A DNA stretch of 64,000 nt from Candidatus Latescibacterota bacterium (GTDB taxonomy: Bacteria > Latescibacterota > UBA2968 > GCA-2709665), in NCBI GenBank assembly GCA_965219455.1, contig OZ244744.1, positions 1,664,001 to 1,728,000 on the forward strand. Direction: 5' to 3'. Position numbers and translations under genes: made by a program. The notes below the pieces were generated by a model. The model was not told the origin of the DNA. It saw nothing but the letters and a program-made list of their open reading frames with translations, and made no database searches. Shown here piece by piece: positions 9,237 to 18,696 of this stretch (the first letter of the stretch is position 1; each line of letters starts with the position of its first letter).

Positions 9237-11354
9237 ATGTCGAATCCAATTCCAAAGATTCTGATTGTAGAACACGACCCGACCCTGGCAAGGGATTTGG
9301 GGGAATGCCTGAAGAATATGGGATACACAATATCCGCGACGGTTGAGGGCTCGCGCGAGGCTGTCGAAATCGCCGCGAACGCCCGACCCGACCTGGCGCT
9401 GGTCAATCTCGGGCTTGTCGGGGACCAAACCGGTCCTGAAATCGCCAAACTGCTTGGCGGCCGGCACGATGTTCCCGTCGTGTACCTGACTGACACCACC
9501 CGGGGAGACCTGTTTGAACGCGCGCAGGTAACGAATCCGTACGGATACGTGCTTAAGCCTTTCGACGCTGGGCAACTCCACCTGAACATCCAGACCGCAG
9601 TCCTCCTGCACGAGAGGGAACACAAACACCGAGAGACTCGAATCGGTCTGGAACGAACCATCGGTGAATCGAAACATCATGCTGAACTCATGGAGACCGT
9701 CTTCAACAGCATGAGTGAGGGCGTGTTTGCCATCAACGAAGACGGTACGGTTCTATTTCATAATTCGAGCGGGCTACGCATCGCCGGCGACCATTCCCTG
9801 GAAAAAGATATCGCCAGGTGGCCCGAAAAATACGGGGTCTTTCAGCCCGACGGACAAACCATCCTGAGCGAGGATCTGAATCCGCTGGTGCTTGCCTTCA
9901 GAGGCGAGTCCACCGAAGAAACCGAGTTGCTGATTCGCAACGAGTTGAAGCCCGAGGGCGTCCACGTCAGCGTCAGCGCCAGACCCCTGTTGGCAAGAGC
10001 AGAATCTCCCGGTGGGGCCGTGGTCGTCATCCGTAACGTCACCAAGCTGAAGCAAGCAGAAGCCGAGTTGGAACCGACATTTGTGCAACTGCAGGAACAG
10101 GCGCAATTGATGGAGACCATTCTCAATAGCATAAGTGACGGCATCATCGTCGCGGATACCGCGGGGAAGTTCCTCTACGTTAACCCCGGTGCACGACAGA
10201 TCTTCGGAATGGACATAAAGGACGGACTTCAGTACGAGTGTTCTGAAAAATACGGCGTGTACTATCCGGATAGGAAAACATCCATGAAGAAGGAGGACCT
10301 CCCGCTCATGCGGGCCATACTCCGCGGCGAATCCACGGATGAGGAGGATGTGTTCATACGGAACCAGAAAAAGCAGGACGGTGTCTACATCCGGATGAGC
10401 GGACGACCCCTTCTCGACAATATGGGCGAAATCAGAGGAGGCGTGGTTATCTTCCGCGATGTTACCGAGCGGGTGCTCGCCGAGGAGGCATTGGCGAGGG
10501 CGTTCGACCAGGGTCGGCTGGAGATGGTCGATACCATTCTCCACAACATCGGCAACGCAATGAACAGCGTCACGACGGGAATCGAGACCGTCCGCCGCAA
10601 TTTGACTAATGACCGCGCCGGTCGCCGTCTCTTCGCACTCGCTTCCGCGATAAACGAGCGCCGGAACGATTGGGTCGACTACATCGCAAACGACCCGCAG
10701 GGTCGGAAGGTGATGCCGTTTATCATAAAGGTGGCGGAAGATTTTGGCCGTCGGAACGACGAACTGATGAAAACAGTTGGACGCGTCAGGGATCGTGCCA
10801 ATCGTATCGCCGATATTATCCGCACACAAAAGGCCCTCGAGGGCTCCGATATGGATCGCAAGGATATCGACCTCTACGATGCACTCTCGGGAGCTTTCAG
10901 AGTGTTGAGAGATTCGCTCAACAAGAGGGGGATCCAGACCGCCGTCGACTGCGGGAACGCACCGCAGGAGATTCGCGTCCGTGAGAGCCAGTTTCACCAG
11001 ATGCTGGTCAACCTGGTCAAGAATTCGATCGAAGCCATCGACGAACATGCCGTTTTGTTCGGACTACAGGAAGCGCCCCACATCAGGATAAGCGCCTGCG
11101 CCGCGGAAGGCTTCCTTAACCTTGAGGTAATCGACAACGGCATCGGTATCGAGAACAAAGACACCCGGATGCTTTTTACCGCAGGATTTACGACGAAAAA
11201 ATCGGGGAGCGGTCTCGGCCTCCATTCGGCCGCCAACTTCGTCATTGCGTCCGGTGGACGAATCGAACCGTCCAGTGAAGGCAAGGGCAGTGGAACGACC
11301 ATGTGCGTGATGCTGCCGCTTTCTGCAGTGGCCCCGCACGTGGAAGCAATATAG
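9237..11354 (+). CDS. Hybrid sensor histidine kinase (REC-PAS-PAS-HisKA-HATPase)
   Basis: N-terminal receiver, two PAS domains, LHNIGN H-box, NLVKNS N-box, DNGIGI, GFTTK and GSGLGL. Confidence 0.93.
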   Translation: MSNPIPKILIVEHDPTLARDLGECLKNMGYTISATVEGSREAVEIAANARPDLALVNLGLVGDQTGPEIAKLLGGRHDVPVVYLTDTTRGDLFERAQVTNPYGYVLKPFDAGQLHLNIQTAVLLHEREHKHRETRIGLERTIGESKHHAELMETVFNSMSEGVFAINEDGTVLFHNSSGLRIAGDHSLEKDIARWPEKYGVFQPDGQTILSEDLNPLVLAFRGESTEETELLIRNELKPEGVHVSVSARPLLARAESPGGAVVVIRNVTKLKQAEAELEPTFVQLQEQAQLMETILNSISDGIIVADTAGKFLYVNPGARQIFGMDIKDGLQYECSEKYGVYYPDRKTSMKKEDLPLMRAILRGESTDEEDVFIRNQKKQDGVYIRMSGRPLLDNMGEIRGGVVIFRDVTERVLAEEALARAFDQGRLEMVDTILHNIGNAMNSVTTGIETVRRNLTNDRAGRRLFALASAINERRNDWVDYIANDPQGRKVMPFIIKVAEDFGRRNDELMKTVGRVRDRANRIADIIRTQKALEGSDMDRKDIDLYDALSGAFRVLRDSLNKRGIQTAVDCGNAPQEIRVRESQFHQMLVNLVKNSIEAIDEHAVLFGLQEAPHIRISACAAEGFLNLEVIDNGIGIENKDTRMLFTAGFTTKKSGSGLGLHSAANFVIASGGRIEPSSEGKGSGTTMCVMLPLSAVAPHVEAI

Positions 11355-11591
11355 CCGCCATATAAACGGCCCCGTACGCTCATATCCGTCCTATGTCGAA
11401 CGACTGCCCATTCCGGCCATTCCCACAGGATTGGGAGTTTGAAGACGATTTTCCACCGGGTTCTCCCGTGGAAGCGGTATTGGCGTGCGCACCCGGAGGT
11501 CTTCTTCCCCCGGATTCGAGTGGCTCCAGCACCGGCCGCTGGACAACGTTGGTTCGCAATCAGATTTGGAGACGGAAACCCCCCCCGTGGC

Positions 11592-11625
11592 GTTGCAAAT
11601 AGCGACTTTAGTTGCAAAATGCTAC
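11592..11625. promoter_or_regulatory. Tandem enhancer (UAS) sites for a sigma54 activator
   Basis: gttgcaaatagcgac and gttgcaaaatgctac, ~200 bp upstream of a -24/-12 promoter; same motif as perfect palindrome at 14007-14023. Confidence 0.55.
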
Positions 11626-11823
11626 ATCCAGTGGACATATTCCGGTAGCGATTCTCATAAATCGTTTTCAAACAGCTATCTATGGCCTATTTGTCATCGT
11701 TGACACACCGTCATTGCGACGATCTTCGGCGACGCATTTTACAGCATTCGAAAGATTGGCCCGAAATCGCCGGTATATTCTAACTCCATAAATTTCATTA
11801 GTTTAGTCGTTTTCGGGAATAGT

Positions 11824-11838
11824 TGGCACAGATTGTGC
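11824..11838 (+). promoter_or_regulatory. sigma54 (-24/-12) promoter
   Basis: TGGCAC-AGATT-GTGC, GG-N10-GC spacing. Confidence 0.75.
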
Positions 11839-11919
11839 ATTAAACCACGAAGGGCAGGATGTGACATGAGTGTACCTTTTTCAGGTAACTTGTCAACCGG
11901 CAGGGGACGAAGGTGGTCG

Positions 11920-13809
11920 ATGGAACCCTTTAATCATGGAAACAATCGCGTTCTGATCGTCGATGATCAGCCCGAGATACACGACGACTTTGTGGAAATG
12001 CTCTGTGCCAATATCGCGATACCCTCGGCTGACGATCTGGCGGCTGCGTTCGTGCGGGAGCAGAAAGGCAGTTATCTCCCGGAGTTCGAGTTGCTTCACG
12101 CGAGCAACGGGCAGGAAGCATTCGACATCATCCGGGCGGGAGGGGAATCGAATAAGCCTGTTGCCGTGGCATACATTGACATCAGAATGCCACCGGGAAT
12201 CGACGGAATCGAGACTGTGCGCCGCGTGAGGGAAATCGATCGCGACATCGAAATCGTCATTATGACAGCGTACACCGATATGTCGTTGCCCGAAATCGTC
12301 TACGAAATGGATTTATTGCACAAACTGCTGTATATAAGAAAGCCTTTTACCCACGAGGAAATTCAGCAGATTACACTCTCCCTCGTGGGAAAGTGGAACG
12401 TCGAACAGGAGTTGGCGGAAAAAGGGCGACAACTCGCCGCCAGTCACGGCAGACTGGAAGCGGTGCTCAACGCGACCGGCGACGCCATTGTGATGCACGA
12501 CGCTGCCGGACGCCTTGTTTTCGCCAACGAGATATTCGAGAAACTGATGGGTCTGCAGGGAATCGACATGGCGGGTATTCGGCCGGGCGATCTCGCGGCA
12601 CGTTTCAAGAAGCGGTTTCGGAAACCCGACCTTAGCCACATGGAGAGCAGGTTTCTCCACGACGGCGGCGACGTGGTGGAAACAACCGGCGCCGGCGGGC
12701 TGCAGAAGCAACAGCTGTTCTACCGTTCAACCGCACCCGTGAGCGACGAACGGGGACATGTAATCGGCAACCTCGTCTTATATCGGGACGTGTCGCGGGA
12801 AATCGATGCCGCGCAAATGAAGGCCGAGGTACTACGCCTGCGCACCGAATTGGAAACGACTTATTCCTTTGCCGGGATGGTTGGCACCAGCAGAGGAATT
12901 CAGCGGGTGTACGCGCTTATGAAACAGGCCGCCGAAAGCGACATTACGGTGCTGATCCGGGGCGAAAGCGGCACCGGCAAGGAACTGGTGGCCAGGTCGT
13001 TTCACTTCAACAGTTCGCGAAAAAAGGGCCCGTTCGTGGCCCTCGATTGCGCCACCATACCCGAAACGCTCATGGAGAGCGAGTTATTCGGGCACGAAAA
13101 AGGAACTTTCACCGGCGCAACCACACGGAGAATCGGGGCCTTCGAGCGCGCGGACGGAGGCACGATTCTCATCGACGAAATCGGCGACCTGCCGTATGCC
13201 CTTCAGGGCAAGCTGTTGCGCATTCTGCAGGAGCGGGAAGTCCAGCGGATCGGTGGAACAGCCCCCATACCCGTCGACATCCGTGTGATCGCGGCAACCA
13301 ACAAGGACCTGGACCGCGCCGTAAAGTCCGGCGAGTTCCGTGAAGATCTGTTCTATCGCGTTGCGGCCTTTCCCATTATGATTCCGCCGCTCAGGGACCG
13401 GCGAGAGGATATTCCCGTGCTTGCCGAACACTTCCTCGAGAAATACACGAAACGCCTTAACAAACCCATTAAAGGCATTTCCGGCGCCGCTCTGCGCCTG
13501 TTGCTACAGTTCGACTGGCCGGGAAACGTACGCGAACTGGAAAACGCCATCGAACGCGCCGTGCTGTTGGAGGCGTCATCGGTGATTCAGGCGAGCAATC
13601 TGCCGCCACAACTGTCTCCGGCCATTGCGTCCGGACGGGACCGCGCCGCGCCGACGGCGGTTCTTCCTCTCGCCGAGGTGGAACGACAGGCCCTGCTCCT
13701 CGCACTTGAAGCCTCTGGCGACAACGTTACGCGTGCCGCGCATGCGCTGGGCATCCATCGGGCGACTTTGCACCGCAAACTGAAGAAATACAATTTTGAC
13801 AGAGATTGA
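11920..13809 (+). CDS. sigma54-dependent NtrC-family response regulator (REC-PAS-AAA+-Fis HTH)
   Basis: [47 protein letters not shown]-terminal HTH. Confidence 0.96.
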   Translation: MEPFNHGNNRVLIVDDQPEIHDDFVEMLCANIAIPSADDLAAAFVREQKGSYLPEFELLHASNGQEAFDIIRAGGESNKPVAVAYIDIRMPPGIDGIETVRRVREIDRDIEIVIMTAYTDMSLPEIVYEMDLLHKLLYIRKPFTHEEIQQITLSLVGKWNVEQELAEKGRQLAASHGRLEAVLNATGDAIVMHDAAGRLVFANEIFEKLMGLQGIDMAGIRPGDLAARFKKRFRKPDLSHMESRFLHDGGDVVETTGAGGLQKQQLFYRSTAPVSDERGHVIGNLVLYRDVSREIDAAQMKAEVLRLRTELETTYSFAGMVGTSRGIQRVYALMKQAAESDITVLIRGESGTGKELVARSFHFNSSRKKGPFVALDCATIPETLMESELFGHEKGTFTGATTRRIGAFERADGGTILIDEIGDLPYALQGKLLRILQEREVQRIGGTAPIPVDIRVIAATNKDLDRAVKSGEFREDLFYRVAAFPIMIPPLRDRREDIPVLAEHFLEKYTKRLNKPIKGISGAALRLLLQFDWPGNVRELENAIERAVLLEASSVIQASNLPPQLSPAIASGRDRAAPTAVLPLAEVERQALLLALEASGDNVTRAAHALGIHRATLHRKLKKYNFDRD

Positions 13810-14051
13810 ACCCCAGCCGGCATCCGGGCTGGGAGGCCTCCTCACGATGCTGTCGTTGGCATCACCCCTTCGACACAGAATCTGGCTCTCTCCCCTCTCA
13901 GCCCGGTACCCTGCGCGTCTCCCGTTCCCCGCGCTTCCTTACAGGGACCGGGCAAAACCGCCCCTTACGACGTCGCTGTTGTCATTTCTCTTAAACACAC
14001 GCCAAGTGTCGCAAATTGCGACACCTCTCACACGTTTTCTGACGGTCGATC

Positions 14052-14792
14052 CTACGGCTTTCTCGCCACGAAAAACATCCTGCCCGAACAATCAGGCGCA
14101 CCCTCCAGGATCGCGCCCTTCCCGTCGAACGTCCGTATCTCTTCGAGACCAGCCCTCCGGAGCCGTTCCACGATGTCGCCTTCCGGGTACCAGCGCTGCA
14201 GAAGGGTAACGTCGGTCCGCTTCCAGCCTGTCCCCTCCGACTCGAACACGGTCATGTCCATCCTTCCGATCTTTTCCTCTTCATCCCTCGACGATCGCGC
14301 CACGCACACGTGATCGTCCTCCACAATTCCGAAGCTGCCGCGCCATCGTGACACGTAGGCCTCTTCCATGTTGAGGTCGAATTCGAAGTGTCCGCCGTCT
14401 TCCAGGACGGCGTGCACGTTTCGAAAAACCTGCTCCAGTTCGTCCAGGCTCATCACGTGGTTGAGGCTGTCGAAGGTTGAGAACACCGCCGAAAATTGAC
14501 GGTTCAGGGAGATACTCCGGGCGTCCTGCACGAAGAACGCCACGTCCGGCGCGTTTCTCCTGGCAATCTCAATCATCCCCTCGGACCCATCCACGCCCGT
14601 GGTGGCGAATCCCTTATCGGTAAGCACAGCGGCAAGCTGTCCGGTACCGCAGCAAAGATCGAGAACGGCGCAGCCCGGCGGGAGATGTCGCAGGACCAGA
14701 TGGTCGAGAATCGGGTATATTTTCTCTGCAAAATAACCCCAATGCCTGTTGTAGATGCCGGCAAAGGGGTCGTATGTGTCGAAACGTTCCAT
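14052..14792 (-). CDS. Class I SAM-dependent methyltransferase
   Basis: VLDLCCGTG motif I, DSLNH. Confidence 0.92.
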   Translation of the reverse strand: MERFDTYDPFAGIYNRHWGYFAEKIYPILDHLVLRHLPPGCAVLDLCCGTGQLAAVLTDKGFATTGVDGSEGMIEIARRNAPDVAFFVQDARSISLNRQFSAVFSTFDSLNHVMSLDELEQVFRNVHAVLEDGGHFEFDLNMEEAYVSRWRGSFGIVEDDHVCVARSSRDEEEKIGRMDMTVFESEGTGWKRTDVTLLQRWYPEGDIVERLRRAGLEEIRTFDGKGAILEGAPDCSGRMFFVARKP

Positions 14793-15170
14793 GCCGGATT
14801 TTCCTCTCGGCGATGCGGCCTTCTGATTGGGATTTATACCCAAGAGTCAATTCTTGCCCGGTTTATGCAAGTATTGAAATGCAGCAACAATCCGGGATTG
14901 TACCCATCTTGGTAGAAATAGAAAAGGCTCCGATGTAAATTGGATACGGTTAACTCGTGGAAGAAAACTGTATCCTCATACGAAAGGAGCCTATGATAAA
15001 CAAAGTATCATCGAACGCCCGTGAAGTCAAGTGAAATACGGATGAAATTCGACTCGGCGCGGTGTTGCGGGTCTCGCCGTGGAATTGAACGCCGAAACCA
15101 GCGGAGCGTGCAACCGGAAGGACGCGGATTGGCCCGCTTTGTGCAGGAACGGGAGGAATCCAGGGCTGAT

Positions 15171-16208
15171 CTACCCGGCTGGACCCATGTCCCGAAGGCT
15201 CTCGAGATCGGATACAGCTGCACCCAGGAACTCAGGCGTCCTGGGGTGGAGAAGACGGCCGCAGTCCCAGAAAAACCGGATCCCGCGGATACTCTTGACA
15301 ATTGCCAGCAGCTTATTCTCCTCTGCCGACAGCGACGCGACCGGTTTTTCGATGGCCGCCTGGTAGGAAGATCGAAACGCGTCAACATATCCAGGTTCAT
15401 AGTAATCCGAACCCGGTCTGGCCACGGCTTCGCCTTCCGACTGCCGCAGGTCGTGTACCGCCGTTCCGCAGCCGGCCGATTGGAAGTCATGGACGTTGGA
15501 GATTCGCAGGGATTTGCCGTTCTCCACGAGTACGTTGTGGAGTCCCGGTTCTCCCCACAGGAAGACGTTGCCGCCGCTTATCCTGACTTCGGGCGCCGGG
15601 TCCATGGCTGCCTGCAGCCTGTGCCACAGTTCAGGCAGGGTTGCCGCAAGGGAAGAAGCCAACACCGCGTCCCCAAATATCGCGTCTCGAACCGTCCCCT
15701 CCCAACATTCCAGGTCCCTCGTATTCTCCGACTGAAGCGCTTCCGGACATCGCTGACTGTGCGCGTGTGCCAGGGTCTCGCCCAGCAGGGAACCCAACTG
15801 CAGTCGCTGCGCCCGGGATGCGCCCCTGTAATAGCTGTCGCCCGTCTCGCCCGGTTCGCACGGGATCAACAGACATTCAAACGGAAGCGGTTCCCCGCCG
15901 CCGTCGTACCCCAGGGACTTGGACACGGGAACACCGGCGACGGTTTGCAGCGCACGTGTGGCGATGAACTCGGCCTTCAGACTGAAGCCGCGGGTTCGCC
16001 GGAATTGCATCTTGAGAAATACGCGACCGTGGGCGAGGGTCTCTACCTGAAAAATCTGGTTTGTGAAATTGCCATCCAGCCGTTCAATGGACCGGGACAA
16101 ACTGAAACCGTGTTTCTCGAGGAGCGCATCAATCTGTACACGCGATACTTCCGGCTTATCGTGGAATAAAGCCCGGATATCCTTCATGCCGGCGATTTCC
16201 GATAACAT
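15171..16208 (-). CDS. APH/choline-kinase-like phosphotransferase with atypical catalytic loop
   Basis: GNFTNQIF, LK, WGEPGLHN in place of HGD..xN, HDFQ. Confidence 0.7.
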   Translation of the reverse strand: MLSEIAGMKDIRALFHDKPEVSRVQIDALLEKHGFSLSRSIERLDGNFTNQIFQVETLAHGRVFLKMQFRRTRGFSLKAEFIATRALQTVAGVPVSKSLGYDGGGEPLPFECLLIPCEPGETGDSYYRGASRAQRLQLGSLLGETLAHAHSQRCPEALQSENTRDLECWEGTVRDAIFGDAVLASSLAATLPELWHRLQAAMDPAPEVRISGGNVFLWGEPGLHNVLVENGKSLRISNVHDFQSAGCGTAVHDLRQSEGEAVARPGSDYYEPGYVDAFRSSYQAAIEKPVASLSAEENKLLAIVKSIRGIRFFWDCGRLLHPRTPEFLGAAVSDLESLRDMGPAG

Positions 16209-16936
16209 TATGTATCCCGCCGCATAAGGCTATAACTCTGTGCGGTGGGCCCGATATCGGGTTGCGTCGCCAGAAAAAGCGCCATGGGTACGACGTCTTC
16301 AGGAGACTTCATCCACTCGCTCTCGATCTCCAGTACCGCGTCCATTTCGGTCCGTACCGGCCCGGGGATGAGTTCGTTTACGCTGATGTTGTGCTGCCAG
16401 AGTTCCTGTGCGAGAACACGCGTCAACATCCAGAGACCGGCTTTTGAACAACAATAGGCCGAACTTCCCGCGAATCCCCTGTGGCCCATGCCGGAACCGA
16501 TGGTGATTATCTTGCCACCGCCGCGCTTTTTCATGGCCGGAATCGCCGCCCTGGCGCAATAGTACGCGCCGATCAGATTGGTGCGTATCGTTTCCTCCCA
16601 GGCTGCAGGTTCGCCGCCCTCAACGGCGCCGTGATCGAGATTCACCCCCGCATTGAGGACTGCGATGTCAATTCCGCCGAGTTCCGCTTCCGCAAAATCG
16701 AAAAGCCCCTGCACCGCCCCCTGTTGCCTTACGTCCGCTTGAATCGCGACCGCAGTCCCGCCCTCCCCTCGAATCTCCCGCACGGTTTCCTGGATTTCGG
16801 TTTCGGTCCGAGCCGCGCAACAGATCGATGCGCCCGCCCGGGCGTAGCCCAGTGCGATGGCCCGACCGATGCCGCGCCCGGCGCCCGTGACAACCGCTAC
16901 TTTGCCTGCAAGCGTTTTGTCCATCGGTTCAGTCAT
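16208..16936 (-). CDS. SDR family oxidoreductase
   Basis: TGAGRGIG, NAG, YCCSK. Confidence 0.95.
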   Translation of the reverse strand: MTEPMDKTLAGKVAVVTGAGRGIGRAIALGYARAGASICCAARTETEIQETVREIRGEGGTAVAIQADVRQQGAVQGLFDFAEAELGGIDIAVLNAGVNLDHGAVEGGEPAAWEETIRTNLIGAYYCARAAIPAMKKRGGGKIITIGSGMGHRGFAGSSAYCCSKAGLWMLTRVLAQELWQHNISVNELIPGPVRTEMDAVLEIESEWMKSPEDVVPMALFLATQPDIGPTAQSYSLMRRDT

Positions 16937-16979
16937 AGATTAGCGTCCTCTCTGGCGTTTTCCGAAGCCGCTTCGTCGA

Positions 16980-17017
16980 CCCTTCGACATTTCGACAAGC
17001 TCAGGACAGGGCTCAGA
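16980..17017. repeat. Nested CTTCGACAAGCTCAG REP-like repeat
   Basis: cccttcgaca-tttcgacaagctcaggaca-gggctcag. Confidence 0.6.
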
Positions 17018-17071
17018 GAGCGGCTCGTGGCGTGTATCAGGGCGCCGGCTCGGTACCGAGCGGAACCCGGT

Positions 17072-17620
17072 TCACGTCCGATTTCTTCTTGCCTCCCATT
17101 CGCTTCGCAACAGACCGCACCACACCGTGTTCCTGAATTTACCTCTCACATACTGATCCTGGCGCAGCACGCCTTCACGGACCATTCCGAGCTTCTCCAT
17201 GACCCGCAGAGAACCTGCATTTCTCTCATCGGCAGAAGCTTGAATGCGGTTCAAATCGGGATAGGTGGAAAACGACTCGTCGATCACGGCGCCAACGGCT
17301 TCCGTGGCCAACCCCTTTCCCCAATGGCGCCTGGCAACGCTATAACCTAATGTGCCGACGTGATTCTCAAAGTCAAACCGGATATTGGTTCCGCCGATAG
17401 CGGATCCGACGTGTTCAATCGCCCACGGCACGCGTTTCTTGGGATCTTGCAACAGTAGTCCCGCCAGGAAATTCTCGGCGTCGGCTCTCGTGTACGGCTG
17501 AGGAACCGGAAGGTATCGCGCCCAATCCGCATCGGATGCGTACGCCAGGACATCTTCAACATCCTTCAGGCTGTACGGCCTGAGTATCAATCGGTCTGTT
17601 TCGATAAGTTCCGGCAGCAT
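17072..17620 (-). CDS. RimJ/RimL-type GNAT N-acetyltransferase
   Basis: ETDRLILRP, HWGKGLATEA, NAGSLRVMEKLG. Confidence 0.93.
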   Translation of the reverse strand: MLPELIETDRLILRPYSLKDVEDVLAYASDADWARYLPVPQPYTRADAENFLAGLLLQDPKKRVPWAIEHVGSAIGGTNIRFDFENHVGTLGYSVARRHWGKGLATEAVGAVIDESFSTYPDLNRIQASADERNAGSLRVMEKLGMVREGVLRQDQYVRGKFRNTVWCGLLRSEWEARRNRT

Positions 17621-17888
17621 TTCGAGATCCTTCGTTTATGCCCTAAAGTCCCGCCGGCTTGCAAAGGTTCACCCTTCGCTCGACCTACGGCCTCACTTTC
17701 GGCGCTTACACTGGGTTATTATACCTGCATATACAAATTCATGTTGAACGGAAAGTCTATGTCATATCATTTCAGAGGAAGTATTGCGATTCAGCTATCT
17801 TAACTTATCCTTGCCGCGTATACGTAACTACGATATATTAATTTTGACGCGCACGCTCAACAGCCCCAATCGGAAAGGGAATATCGGA

Positions 17889-18452
17889 ATGGCAGAGGTG
17901 ATTACATTTCCTGAAACAAAGGCTTTGGAAGACAAATTGCCTATAAATATCACCGCAGTAGATGAAATTTGTGACTCTTATAAAGTGCAAAACGAAAAGA
18001 CTCAATATGTCAGAGCCGGTGTCAAACGCCTTTGCGAAGATATGCAGGAAATAAATAATGACATGGTCGAAATCCTGCGTTCCAAGTATGCTTTTTTTGC
18101 AGGAACTTTAGAAATAGTCGACATAGATTCTCTTGACGAAGATTCTTTCAATAGAATTGCGACTTATTTGGAATTTACTGAAAAAAGAGAAACAGACTAT
18201 GTTGATTGGAAGAATAGGATAAGATCTGCAATAATGAAAATGAGGGCATGTAGAAAGAGATTTCCTGGAGCGGCAATAGAAATACGCAAATTCACAAAAA
18301 TTGCAAACAAGACAATGAAAAACATGGATCACATCTTAAGTGTTTTAAGGGAAAGTCATTGGCGAATGAGCATTATCTATAACACACGACGAACTCATTC
18401 CCCGAAAATTCATAATTCAGCAAATGAAGCCTTAAAGGCATTGTGGGAATAA
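17889..18452 (+). CDS. AT-rich helical protein, probable antitoxin
   Basis: ORF directly upstream of RelE-like gene; C-terminal HNSANEALKALWE resembles RelB/DinJ toxin-binding tails. Confidence 0.6.
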   Translation: MAEVITFPETKALEDKLPINITAVDEICDSYKVQNEKTQYVRAGVKRLCEDMQEINNDMVEILRSKYAFFAGTLEIVDIDSLDEDSFNRIATYLEFTEKRETDYVDWKNRIRSAIMKMRACRKRFPGAAIEIRKFTKIANKTMKNMDHILSVLRESHWRMSIIYNTRRTHSPKIHNSANEALKALWE

Positions 18453-18696
18453 AGATATCGGGAATGAAACTCCCTCCAGTAAAATACTTTGAGGATCCAG
18501 ACAGTCGTTCAAAAATAAGAAAACAATTCAAAAAACTCCCTCCACAAATACAAGAAGAAGTGCGCAGGATTTATCTTGAGGTAGAAAAAGGACATTTACC
18601 GAGAGGAAGAAGGCTTAAAAAGATAGATTTTTTTTATCAAGTTCGATTGAATAAGAATTTCAGGATGGCTTTCTCGATACTTAATGAGACGTTTAG

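Noticed and set aside
15021-16169. 382-aa plus-strand ORF and similar long antisense ORFs (e.g. 8039-8986, 9774-11048, 52031-53005, 53727-54761)
   Set aside because: Shadows of well-supported genes on the opposite strand
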